Positions 39,092-48,087 of a DNA stretch of 64,000 bases are shown in pieces; position 1 is the stretch's first letter; every line of letters starts with the position of its first letter. Location: positions 3,209-67,208 of the forward strand of contig MGHI01000040.1 of NCBI GenBank assembly GCA_001793155.1. Reading direction: 5' to 3'. The notes below the pieces were generated by a model. It had not been told where the DNA came from. It did no database searches and saw only the letters and a program-made list of their open reading frames with translations. Origin of the DNA: Candidatus Woesebacteria bacterium RIFCSPLOWO2_01_FULL_39_61. GTDB lineage: Bacteria > Patescibacteriota > Microgenomatia > UBA8517. Position numbers and translations under genes: made by a program.

Positions 39092-39115
39092 CGAATCCTC
39101 TACCCACCGCCCACA

Positions 39116-39787
39116 TTATCGGGATAAAGTTAATCCCCAAACCTCACCGGCTCCGCCTCTTTTGAGAACTCTTCCGACTTCTTTCAGGGTGGTACCAGTT
39201 GTCATAACATCGTCAAATACTACAATACTAGCGCCGTTTAGCTTTTTACTGCTATTCAAAGCAAAGACGTCTTTCAAATTCATCTTTCTTTGTTTCCCTC
39301 TTAGCTCGACTTGGGGTACCGTAGAAGATTTTCTGACGACCTGCTCCGGACTAAAATTCCACCCCATTTTTTCCGCAATTATTTTTCCGATCCTTTCCGA
39401 TTGATTAAATCCTCTCCAGCGCTCACGCCGCATGTACAAGGGAACCGGAACTAGGATTGTGTTGGACGGAAGTGCGTGAACATTGGTCTTCAAATAATGT
39501 ACGGTGTAAACTGCCAGTTCGTCGGCAATTTCATATGCAAAATTGTACTTTAATTTCAAAATCGACTGACGAATTACTTTTTCGTATTCCCAGATAGATA
39601 CTGCTCCGTCTAATCCCCAAGGTCTTTTGCACTTTATGTGAGTGAATCCGTCAACTGACGGTTTTTCGCATTCGACACAAATTTGCCTTACCAGTCTTAC
39701 TTTCCCTAAACAAGCCGGGCAAAGGAAATAATTTTTCATCCTGCAGCCTAAACAAAACTTTGGAAAGAGGATATCAACTAAGTTCAT
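39116..39787 (-). CDS. comF: ComF-family double zinc ribbon / PRTase
   Basis: 'FPKFCLGC...LCPAC', 'VPVPL...R.RGFNQS', 'VFDDVMTTGTT'. Confidence 0.9.
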   Translation of the reverse strand: MNLVDILFPKFCLGCRMKNYFLCPACLGKVRLVRQICVECEKPSVDGFTHIKCKRPWGLDGAVSIWEYEKVIRQSILKLKYNFAYEIADELAVYTVHYLKTNVHALPSNTILVPVPLYMRRERWRGFNQSERIGKIIAEKMGWNFSPEQVVRKSSTVPQVELRGKQRKMNLKDVFALNSSKKLNGASIVVFDDVMTTGTTLKEVGRVLKRGGAGEVWGLTLSR

Positions 39788-39878
39788 AATGAGCTAAAAT
39801 ATAAAAACCTATAAAGTCATTACAAAATGGCTTTATATAACTCGTCGTAGGCTCAAGACGAGTTTCGTAATGAGTTCT

Positions 39879-40319
39879 ATGAAAATTATAAACAGAAAAG
39901 CCTCATTCCATTATAAGATTCTTGAAAAATACGAGGGAGGAATCGTTCTTGGAGGAGGAGAAGTAAAATCTTTAAAAGTGGGAGGGGCTGATATTTCAAA
40001 TTCCTACGCGAAAATCGTCAACGGCGAAGTTTATCTAATCAATGCAAATATACCTATCGAAGGCAAAAGGGACTACAACTCAACAAGGTCGCGCAAAATT
40101 CTTCTTCATAAAAGCGAGATCGTATCTATTAATACCAAGATTAAGGCCAAAAAATTGACCCTTATCCCCCTCAAGATGTATAATAAGGGGCGTTTAATTA
40201 AGATAGAATTGGCTTTAGCCAAACCCAAGCGCGAGTTTGAAAAAAGACAAGCTATTAAAAAGAAAGATCTTGAACGCGAGATTGAACGGGAATTAAGAGG
40301 AGAAAAGAAAATTAATTAA
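39879..40319 (+). CDS. smpB: SsrA-binding protein
   Basis: 'NRKASFHY.ILEKYEGGIVL.G.EVKSL', 'RSRKILLHK.EI'; adjacent to tmRNA. Confidence 0.97.
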   Translation: MKIINRKASFHYKILEKYEGGIVLGGGEVKSLKVGGADISNSYAKIVNGEVYLINANIPIEGKRDYNSTRSRKILLHKSEIVSINTKIKAKKLTLIPLKMYNKGRLIKIELALAKPKREFEKRQAIKKKDLEREIERELRGEKKIN

Positions 40320-40417
40320 CAAAAATTGCATTTGCAATTTTTGAAAGGAGAAGCCAGCGAAAAGCCAATATCCCGAGCTTGTCGAGGGATAAAGGCGTCG
40401 AAGCTAGGCTTCGACGC

Positions 40418-40776
40418 GGGGACGATACAAAAGGTTTCGACGGAAAACGTACTTTGAAATCTGCAAGCCGAGTATAACACTTCTCGTAAATCACGTGTTA
40501 AAAACATAATTGCTGATCGCGATTATAATTACGCCTACGCCTAAAAAACGGACGCGTTGTCTTGCCGGATACGATTCTCAACCGCGCTGGTGAGGCATAA
40601 ACCCAGTTGAGATGCGGAAAGTATGTCTGGTTTTATATACTTTCCCAAGATTTAAAACCAAATTCCTAACTTTTTCTTTGGTTTTTAATTTTAGGAATAA
40701 AACCAAAGCCAAATACGCTTGTAGAAGATTTTAAATTAGTTTTTCGGACGAGGGTTCGAATCCCTCCGTCTCCACA
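40418..40776 (+). ncRNA. ssrA: tmRNA; predicted tag (A)ADRDYNYAYA*
   Basis: GGGGACG...GGTTTCGAC 5' end; GACGAGGGTTCGAATCCCTCCGTCTCCA 3' end; tag ORF 40512-40544 after ATAATT. Confidence 0.93.
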
Positions 40777-40918
40777 CTTCGCTACTTTCAATATGAAAGT
40801 AGCTTCGCGTGGTAAACCACACAGTATTTAAAAACCTTCTTTACATGATATGCGAAGTGTGTCCCGCGTAGCTTTTTTAGCCAGCGTAGCTTTAGCGAAG
40901 TCGGCAGCGAAGTAGGGC
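40776..40918. repeat. REP-like inverted repeat doublet (ACTTCGCT...AGCTTCGCG / CGCGTAGCT...AGCGAAGT)
   Basis: The same motif recurs at 42271-42297 and 42352-42376. Confidence 0.6.
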
Positions 40919-40960
40919 AGTGTTTATAAATTCTTATTTACGGTACGATGAGTAAGTTCA

Positions 40961-41197
40961 ATGTATTTCGTCTATATATTAAAATTGAATAATGGCCAGT
41001 ATTATTCGGGTTATTCGTCAAATCTGAAACAAAGAGTGGTGGATCATAAAAAAGGGAGGATAGACGCAACTAAAAATTTTCGGCCTTTAGACCTTGTTTA
41101 TTATGCAGGTTTTAAGACCCGAAAATTAGCAACTAATTTTGAAAAGTATCTTGAATCAAGCTCCGGTTTTGCTTTCAGGAATAAACATTTAATTTAA
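40961..41197 (+). CDS. Small GIY-YIG nuclease
   Basis: 'MYFVYIL...YYSGYSSNLKQRVVDH...FEKYL'. Confidence 0.9.
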   Translation: MYFVYILKLNNGQYYSGYSSNLKQRVVDHKKGRIDATKNFRPLDLVYYAGFKTRKLATNFEKYLESSSGFAFRNKHLI

Positions 41198-41378
41198 TTA
41201 TCATGTAAATATCTCTCCCCGACCCCTTTTTGTGCCCGACGGGGTCAAAATGTAAGGTAATATAAGGTTGGAGTGTTCTCTTATAACTGTGGATTCTATC
41301 CACGGTTTCAAGCTTTGCTTACCGAGTCTGACTCGGCCAAGCTATGCTTATAATTCGTGCTAATCGCTTAGCAAAAAA

Positions 41379-42044
41379 CTATGAAGTCGCTCTCCATTTC
41401 AAAACGTTAAGGTCATCAGCAGTACAACTATCTATTCCAAGGGAAAGTAATTTTTCGTAATCCTCCTTGCTGTCTGTGGGCAAATGGGAACCAATTTTAT
41501 AGCCTTTTTTATGGAATCTTTCAACCCTGTCTTTGTTCCAAAAACCCTCTGGTTTGTCCAACCAGATAGTAGAAGCACCAGTAAGTTTAAGGTAACTCAG
41601 CATTAGATAATCACCAAACTCCTCAGTCATCCAATCCTCGATTAGATAGGGTTTGGTAATCATTCCTATATTCGCTTTAGGTGCAAGCTCTCTTATGTAT
41701 CTTAGTAAAGGCAGTATTCCCGAGGTAATTTCAAAATTTTCCAATTTGTGTTTATATACCAAGTCAACTACCGCTTTTACTGTTTCAATTTCTGGTGGTT
41801 TTATTTCTATCTGTATCTTGCCTTTATCTGAGAATGTTTCAATTACCTCTTCTAGTTTTGGATAATCCAAATTCTTGTCATGAAGAAACTTGTGTGTAAG
41901 ATAAACACCTTTATTGGGTTGGTAGTAAACATCGATTTCAACACCATCCGCTCCCTTATCGAAAGCACTTTTTATGCCTTCGATTGTGTTGTCATCATGA
42001 CTTTTTCTATCTCCCCTGTGCCCAAGAACAAGAAGATTGCTCAT
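41379..42044 (-). CDS. Glycerophosphodiester phosphodiesterase family protein
   Basis: 'LGHRG...DNT', 'GADGVEIDV', 'IEIK'. Confidence 0.85.
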   Translation of the reverse strand: MSNLLVLGHRGDRKSHDDNTIEGIKSAFDKGADGVEIDVYYQPNKGVYLTHKFLHDKNLDYPKLEEVIETFSDKGKIQIEIKPPEIETVKAVVDLVYKHKLENFEITSGILPLLRYIRELAPKANIGMITKPYLIEDWMTEEFGDYLMLSYLKLTGASTIWLDKPEGFWNKDRVERFHKKGYKIGSHLPTDSKEDYEKLLSLGIDSCTADDLNVLKWRATS

Positions 42045-42390
42045 TAAAGCTATTTTACACCAAATTGTGTAAATCAAAAACTACTTACGTAGCATTACCG
42101 TCGGTGTACCCGAAATCATAGAGTTCAGATACTATGATGTGACTGATTACTGGAAAGAATTTTTGTCATTCGTGACTAAATCTAAGGCTAAAGGAGAAGC
42201 TTTAAGTACAGAAAACCATTTGAAAATATATTCCTCAATCTGGTTCCAATTATTTACCGCCGTCTCCACCACTTCGCTAATGCTTCGCGGTGCAAGCACC
42301 ACATAGTTAAATAGCAACGGGCGGCGGCACAAGAAGTTTAGCGAACGGTATCCCTCCGTAGCCTTGGCGAAAGGGGACAAATAAGATGTT

Positions 42391-44340
42391 CTATTCAAGG
42401 TGTTTTAATTCAATGGAGTAAAGTTTCTCTTGGGCCAGAAGAATTAGCTTCTTTTCCTTTTCGGAAACGACTATTGAAGTCGTACTTTTAGTTTCGGCGG
42501 ATATATATTGAGCCTTATATTTTCCTTCTTTATCAATAACTACCACACGGGAATTTTCCGGATCAAGAATATATAAGTGTTCGGATTGGTCGTCTGTAAA
42601 AAGTGTTTTTGGATTTTTGATTTCGGGGTATACTCCTTCTGATTTAAAATCTTGTTTATTACCTAAACTGAACTTTAATATCGAAGCGTCTTTGCCTAAT
42701 ATCCAAATGGACCCGTCTATAATAAACGACCGGGAATTATTCAAATCTATAACAACCTCCGACGCCAACCAGTTTTTTCTGGAACCAAAACCCTCACTGC
42801 TTCCCGCGAATCGCCAGATCATGGATGTATCTTCTTCAAGAAGATACATGTTCCCCGCATAAGGATATATCATAACGTCTCCGGTCCAATCTTTATCTAC
42901 AACTTTGACAAGTCTGTCTTTTAGTTCAAAAATGCCGTCGGAGTTAGATATAAATATTCTACCTGCGTAGACGCCGATATCGTCAACTTTGTTAATCGCA
43001 GACGGGCCGGCAACAACCTCGCTCCTTTTCGTGTCAAGAGCTATGCTGACGACTTTTCTTGCATTTTTATCGAGAATGAAAAGCTTGCCATCGGAAAGGA
43101 TAATATCATCTGACTTAAAACCATTTGACAGGAGTGTTAAATCAACATAAAGTTCGGTGTCTAGCTTATATTCACCCAAAATCTTTCCCTGAGATTCATT
43201 AAGTCTATCTGCCAACTGAGTAAGTTGCGGATCCTTAATGTTCTCACTTAAAAGTTTGGCTACGATAGCCTTACTTTCCGCAAACAGTTCTCTCGAACGC
43301 ACCGGATTTAATGAATATATCTCTTCGGCTTCGTCCAGCTGGTGAACAGCCCCTGCCAACTCCGCCTGATAACGGGATTTATAGTCGTTGAGCTTTTTTT
43401 GTCTAATCCCAAAAAAAATACTTAGGACTAGCAAAAATAAAATTATAAACCCGGCTGATGCAAAGGTTTTTCTTTTATTTTTATCTTTTAAACTTTCTTG
43501 GTTGGCTCCGACATAGAATTTCCTTTCAGGAACCTTTTTGAAAAGAGGGGTTATTTTATTTTTCAGGTTATCAATCCAATTTTTATTGTGTCCGAAGTCT
43601 TGTTCAGTCTTGTCCGCAGAAGCTTTATTAGTTTCTAAACCAAGACTGTTCATTACTACATTTTCTGAAGACTCACCAACTTTCTGGTTCAAGTTGGCCG
43701 TTTGATTCTCCAGATCCTTTGCTTGGTTGCATTTAAGAGCTAATAATCCAAGTTTTCCGTTCCCGCTTTCTGAATGAGTGTCTCTTGCGAATAACTCAAC
43801 GGCTTCTGCCAAACCCCGAGGAGAAAGCGTACTTAAAACTTTAGCCAAATCAAATCGAGAAAAGAATTTCGAAGTTCCGAGTACAATGATATCCTGATCT
43901 TTTAGAAAGCCTGATGCAAGCTCCATATCCATCGCACCCGTTTTGAGGATAGGAATAATATTTTTGTCACGAATCAATACTACACCCGCCCCACGAACCG
44001 TAGCTAAATAAGCAACATTTTCAACCTGAACCATCGCTACAATTTCGATATCCCTTATGTTTTCAGTAAAATCTTCCAGTACACCGGATATTGCATTTTT
44101 GAGACTAATATAAGGACTATCGCTGCCTTCAAAGTAATCTTTGTAGATTTTACCCAAAAGTTCCCTGCCTAAAATTGTATTTTCTATTCCTTTTTCGCTA
44201 TCACCGACCGAAAGTACTACGTAAAGTTCTCCTTTTGACGATAACTTGGATTCGTCTTGGGGTTTGAAAATATGGACTTGCGACCAGCCCGTTTCGTCCG
44301 GTCGGCCTGTTAGTGTTACTGGATCAAGATTTACTGCCAT
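42391..44340 (-). CDS. CPR membrane protein: PP2C-like N-terminal domain, TM helix, C-terminal beta-propeller
   Basis: 'SGFLKDQDIIVLGT'; one TM helix; propeller repeats 'LFILDK', 'MYLLE', 'LYILDPENSRVVVIDK'. Confidence 0.6.
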   Translation of the reverse strand: MAVNLDPVTLTGRPDETGWSQVHIFKPQDESKLSSKGELYVVLSVGDSEKGIENTILGRELLGKIYKDYFEGSDSPYISLKNAISGVLEDFTENIRDIEIVAMVQVENVAYLATVRGAGVVLIRDKNIIPILKTGAMDMELASGFLKDQDIIVLGTSKFFSRFDLAKVLSTLSPRGLAEAVELFARDTHSESGNGKLGLLALKCNQAKDLENQTANLNQKVGESSENVVMNSLGLETNKASADKTEQDFGHNKNWIDNLKNKITPLFKKVPERKFYVGANQESLKDKNKRKTFASAGFIILFLLVLSIFFGIRQKKLNDYKSRYQAELAGAVHQLDEAEEIYSLNPVRSRELFAESKAIVAKLLSENIKDPQLTQLADRLNESQGKILGEYKLDTELYVDLTLLSNGFKSDDIILSDGKLFILDKNARKVVSIALDTKRSEVVAGPSAINKVDDIGVYAGRIFISNSDGIFELKDRLVKVVDKDWTGDVMIYPYAGNMYLLEEDTSMIWRFAGSSEGFGSRKNWLASEVVIDLNNSRSFIIDGSIWILGKDASILKFSLGNKQDFKSEGVYPEIKNPKTLFTDDQSEHLYILDPENSRVVVIDKEGKYKAQYISAETKSTTSIVVSEKEKKLILLAQEKLYSIELKHLE

Positions 44341-44364
44341 GCTTATTTTAAGAAGAAAAAAATA

Positions 44365-44589
44365 TTAAAGAATAAAAAAGGATATTACCAAAACAAAAAG
44401 GGATGCAATCGCATGAACCAGAGCCAAAGTCTTTATGGGAGTCTCAAAACCCACTTTTAAAGTCTCTGTCATTAACTTAACTTGTCTTACAACAACCACG
44501 GCAAAAACTAAATATATAAAAAGAAAGAAAATAATGCCCGATTTTGTAACTAATAAGAATGTGTCTCCCAAAAAATTGAGGTTGTTCAT
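44365..44589 (-). CDS. Small membrane protein (DUF5657-like)
   Basis: 'IYLVFAVVVVRQVKLMTETL'. Confidence 0.65.
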   Translation of the reverse strand: MNNLNFLGDTFLLVTKSGIIFFLFIYLVFAVVVVRQVKLMTETLKVGFETPIKTLALVHAIASLFVLVISFFIL

Positions 44590-44595
44590 AGACGT

Positions 44596-45306
44596 TTAAC
44601 GGACTCTCCCTTCTAGCTTTTCTTGCTCCTCTTCCAAGCGCAACTCTCTTAGTATCTTTGCGACTTTATCAGGGTTAGGTACGTCTTCAAATTCGATCTT
44701 TGGAACTTCGGCGGCTGTTTGAATTACGACATCTCCGTAATGAAGATAGGTCCGAATCGCTCCACCAACCTCTACCGTAACATCCTGAATTTGGTCGATA
44801 TTTGCGTCTGTAATTTCTCTATAAAAAAGATTCACAAAATCGACCTCAACAATTCTTTCGTCTGTAACTATATTTACATGGAAAAACCATGTTAAAAATT
44901 TTTCTAAAGCAATGGCAAAAGTTATCAGATACCAAATCATCACAAGGACAGACTGAAATCCCAAAGGAAGCAAATCAAAAAACGAAAATAGAGGTAAGAA
45001 AGCCGGAGCAAGTATCATTAGAAACACCAAAAATAGCCATCCCAAATTAGAAACGGGGTGTCTCCGTATAAGAAGAATAACCTTTTCCTCAGGGTCTTCA
45101 TTGATAAACTGTACATAATCGGGATAATAGCAAAAAGAGGCTAGCGGATTGTGGGTATGGTCCTTAAAATTGTGTCCGTGAGGATGGGGTAATTGAACCG
45201 GAATCTCCTGAACCGCATTTTTGTGAATTTTAATATTTGGTTTTTCTGATATGGGAGCTTTTAGACTTCTAACCCCTGAGTCTTTTGATTTGAATATATC
45301 GGGCAC
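44596..45306 (-). CDS. Bacterial PH-domain membrane protein
   Basis: 'EKVILLIRRH', 'IVTDERIV', 'IQDVT', 'YGDVVIQTA', 'VPNPDKV'. Confidence 0.8.
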   Translation of the reverse strand: MPDIFKSKDSGVRSLKAPISEKPNIKIHKNAVQEIPVQLPHPHGHNFKDHTHNPLASFCYYPDYVQFINEDPEEKVILLIRRHPVSNLGWLFLVFLMILAPAFLPLFSFFDLLPLGFQSVLVMIWYLITFAIALEKFLTWFFHVNIVTDERIVEVDFVNLFYREITDANIDQIQDVTVEVGGAIRTYLHYGDVVIQTAAEVPKIEFEDVPNPDKVAKILRELRLEEEQEKLEGRVR

Positions 45307-45326
45307 GTTAAGCGATTATATCACTT

Positions 45327-45402
45327 TTTAAGTTCAAAAATTAAAATTCAAAGCGCAAAATGACAAGTCAAAATCTAAAATTTTTGAATTTTGAATTGTT
45401 TT
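45327..45402. repeat. Inverted heptamer-type array without an enclosed gene
   Basis: TTCAAAA/TCAAAAT-like units followed by TTTTGAA units. Confidence 0.4.
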
Positions 45403-47186
45403 TAAATCTTTTCAACATTAAAAAGCGAGCTTTTTAATCCTACATATCCAGGAGCCCGAAGGTTGAAGGCTTTTTTAAATTCGTCACCTGCCACACTTAC
45501 ACTTCCCTTATTGGTAGAAAAAGTTACTGTCTGAGTTGATCCCGAATTTGAATACACAACGGATACACCGGTTACACTTGAATATCCGCCGATTGCCGCC
45601 AAATCAGATATCGAATAAGGATTTCCTTTCCAGCAATTTGTATCAACAGGAGAAATCCGGGAGGCATCCCCTCCTCCTTTATACAGAATTTGCCAGGCGT
45701 TAAGAATATCCGCCATTTCCGCTCCGGTAAGCCAGGGGTTACTCCTTCCGCAGGTAGATCCTCCCCGCGTTTTGTACCAAGCTTTATAGAACCAGGGAGA
45801 AGAGGCAGTCTTTTCATAAGCCTGACTAGGCCAATTCCCGCCGTCAGCATCCTTTATCCCGTTCCAACCCCACTGGGTAATGGTAAATCCACCGCTGGTT
45901 GAAGCATAATAAGTTGTTGCGGGGGTACCGCCGCGGGTAATTACCCAACCCCGGGTCGCCCGAACAGCCTCCGCCCACTTTCCGCTTTTTAGCTGAGGCT
46001 TATAAACCTGGCAGGACTCCGTCGGACAAATAGTCCCGGCACCATTATTTGTAACAGCCAAGGCGTATGACCTGGCAGAAACTGCCTGAGCTTTGAGTGC
46101 CTCCATGCCTCCGTTATCACCCCAACTCTCCGGCACCTCGTAAATTCCCAATAGATAATTCTCTTCGAAAGGTATACGTCCGTAACCCGTCACTCCGATC
46201 GTTGCCGGAACGGAATATCCTTTTGTAAGCTCCGCTCCCTGAAAATAAGCGGCTAAAATTGTTTCTGCGGATTGGCCCTTTTTGCTTCTTCCGTAAGCAC
46301 CATACTGACTTAGACCAGTCCGGTGCGGTGCTCCGAACGAAAATGCCGCATATGCCGGCCGAAAACCCGGGTCGCAGAAATTCGAAGATCCGGGAGGACC
46401 GGAACATGGTTCTAGGGTTGGCGGTGTGTCTCCAACCGAGGTTTGAAATCCTCCGGCCTTGAGTGCCAAAAGCTCCTCCTGTTTAGCGGATAAACTTGCC
46501 AAGTAATCTTCGGTTTTCGCCACCTCGCCAGCCAAAAAGGTGGCTCGCTCGTTGACTTTTTGCTTAAGAGCCGAGAGGTTGCTTTTATTCTTTTCGAGGT
46601 TTTCTTTATCTCCCTTAAGTTTAACTAAGTCCTGCCCGTATTTTTCCATTGTTAAAATATCCTCATTGGCAGCCTTTTTTCGGAACGCCAATTCTCGAAA
46701 GGCATCGGTTGCGTTTTGACTCGAGAGAAAGGGGGCAATGGGATCGTAAAATCTTATGAAGCGGTAGTGATTATTTGCTTTCTCCTCAAAAATTTCTTGT
46801 GCGTAGGCAAGGTCTTCTTCTCGATTCTCTATGTCGTTCTGGTTAATTGTAAGTTGGGTTGACAAACCATTGATACGTTTCTCGAGGCTGGCTAGCTGGG
46901 TTTTTAAATCTGACAATTCTTTTTTATTGTATTCCTGAGCCGGCTTTAGTGCGTTTATTTCCTGTTCAATTCTGGTAAGACAAAAATCAATATCACCCGG
47001 CCCAGGACTATCACAGTTTGGTTCAGCGGAAATAGTAGTAAGTTGTAAGTAGTAAGTTGTAAGAAGTAAGAGAGTTAACGCTAAGGTGAAACCGAGAGTG
47101 GATCGTATTTTCTTTGAAAATTTATTTATTTGAGAATTTTTTGTAAATTGTAAATTGTAAATTGTAAATTTCAGCATGTTCCCCAT
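45402..47186 (-). CDS. Coiled-coil + SpoIID/LytB-domain protein
   Basis: 'ENYLLGIYEVPESW', 'EALKAQAVSARSYA', 'CQVY', 'YYASTSGG'. Confidence 0.85.
   Translation of the reverse strand: MGNMLKFTIYNLQFTKNSQINKFSKKIRSTLGFTLALTLLLLTTYYLQLTTISAEPNCDSPGPGDIDFCLTRIEQEINALKPAQEYNKKELSDLKTQLASLEKRINGLSTQLTINQNDIENREEDLAYAQEIFEEKANNHYRFIRFYDPIAPFLSSQNATDAFRELAFRKKAANEDILTMEKYGQDLVKLKGDKENLEKNKSNLSALKQKVNERATFLAGEVAKTEDYLASLSAKQEELLALKAGGFQTSVGDTPPTLEPCSGPPGSSNFCDPGFRPAYAAFSFGAPHRTGLSQYGAYGRSKKGQSAETILAAYFQGAELTKGYSVPATIGVTGYGRIPFEENYLLGIYEVPESWGDNGGMEALKAQAVSARSYALAVTNNGAGTICPTESCQVYKPQLKSGKWAEAVRATRGWVITRGGTPATTYYASTSGGFTITQWGWNGIKDADGGNWPSQAYEKTASSPWFYKAWYKTRGGSTCGRSNPWLTGAEMADILNAWQILYKGGGDASRISPVDTNCWKGNPYSISDLAAIGGYSSVTGVSVVYSNSGSTQTVTFSTNKGSVSVAGDEFKKAFNLRAPGYVGLKSSLFNVEKI
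47038..47168. repeat. Heptamer tandem repeats in the SpoIID 5' region
   Basis: (TTGTAAA)x4 at 47141-47168; (A/T)GTAAGT units at 47038-47070. Confidence 0.75.
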
Positions 47187-47272
47187 TATACCAAGCTTGT
47201 GTCGACTAATCTTTCAAACTTTAATTCTTATTTTCAACTCTTTATATATTGTGCTAAACTTTTTAAAAGATA

Positions 47273-47737
47273 ATGAAAGTAAAAATTACAAAGATACTCA
47301 CCAGTATTTTTCTTTTTCTATTCCTACTATTCTCCTTTAACAAAGTTACCTATGCTGGTATTTTACCCGGACCCGAAAGATGTACTCCCTCAGGTGGTGG
47401 ATTTTGGGGGTGGATAACAGAAGCCAATACTGGTATTGATACTGCAATTGGTTGTATACCTCTTGAAATCGGATTCTTCGGATCTTCGGGTGGCGCCCGA
47501 TCTTTTACCGCTTTTATGCTCCGTTGGGCAGCCGGCCTCGGAGGAGGAATTGCTTTTATACTTATAGTCTATGCGGGTTTTATGATTACTACCGCAGCAG
47601 GCAATCCCCAACGTCTGCAGGCGGGAAGAGAACTCTTAACCTCTGCCATATCCGGTCTACTGATGCTTATCTTCTCTGTTTTTATCCTGAGAGTCGTCGG
47701 AATTGATATTTTGGGCTTAGATGCTCTCGGATTGTAA
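47273..47737 (+). CDS. VirB2/TrbC-like pilin 1
   Basis: 'IVYAGFMITTAAGNPQRLQAGRELLTSAISGL'. Confidence 0.8.
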   Translation: MKVKITKILTSIFLFLFLLFSFNKVTYAGILPGPERCTPSGGGFWGWITEANTGIDTAIGCIPLEIGFFGSSGGARSFTAFMLRWAAGLGGGIAFILIVYAGFMITTAAGNPQRLQAGRELLTSAISGLLMLIFSVFILRVVGIDILGLDALGL

Positions 47738-47748
47738 TAGTCATCAAA

Positions 47749-48072
47749 ATGGATATTGAAATTGCAGGACTACCGTTTTCTGATTGGGAAACACAAACTC
47801 TCCCTTTATTAGCCAATCAACCAATAGGGACTGTAATTAATACTTTTATAAGATACCTTTTTCCTATCGCCGGATTAGTCCTTTTGGCTTATTTAATCTT
47901 TGGAGGTTACAAATATCTCACCTCCATGGGTGATCCCAAAAAAATTCAGGAGTCGAGACTAAATATTACCTACGCAATTGTTGGGTTTGCAATTTTGATT
48001 GCGGCATATTGGGTAGTTCTTGTTGCTGCAAGGGTTCTTAATATTCCGGCAATAAATCAAATATTTAGGTAG
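47749..48072 (+). CDS. VirB2/TrbC-like pilin 2
   Basis: 'IFGGYKYLTSMGDPKKIQESRLNITYAIVG'. Confidence 0.85.
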   Translation: MDIEIAGLPFSDWETQTLPLLANQPIGTVINTFIRYLFPIAGLVLLAYLIFGGYKYLTSMGDPKKIQESRLNITYAIVGFAILIAAYWVVLVAARVLNIPAINQIFR

Positions 48073-48087
48073 TCACAAGATACTGTT

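Larger units (their letters stand above)
38904..39109 (+). pseudogene. Interrupted tRNA-Ser remnant (5' half 38904-38941; 3' end 39092-39109)
   Basis: GGTGGGTTGTCCGAGTGGTTTAAGGAGCTGGTTTC ... CGAATCCTCTACCCACCG; the acceptor strands are complementary. Confidence 0.75.
40776..42271. mobile_element. Decayed island at the tmRNA 3' end
   Basis: CCGTCTCCAC duplicated at 40766 and 42260; recombinase-like tail on the minus strand from 42269; cargo is GIY-YIG and GDPD. Confidence 0.65.

Noticed and set aside
38904-39109. Group I intron or canonical tRNA intron
   Set aside because: The insert is only 150 bp, is itself mostly a tRNA, and splicing would not restore the missing variable arm.
38771-39404. 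ORFs 38771-39031 and 38994-39404
   Set aside because: They overlap tRNA genes and the comF antisense strand; spurious.
40312-40507. Two short minus-strand ORFs
   Set aside because: Antisense to the tmRNA 5' end and its upstream hairpins.
42272-42398. 5' part of ORF 42147-42398 as a real gene
   Set aside because: It is translated REP-like repeat (SPFAKATEG); only the part from 42269 leftward is interpreted, as a recombinase tail.
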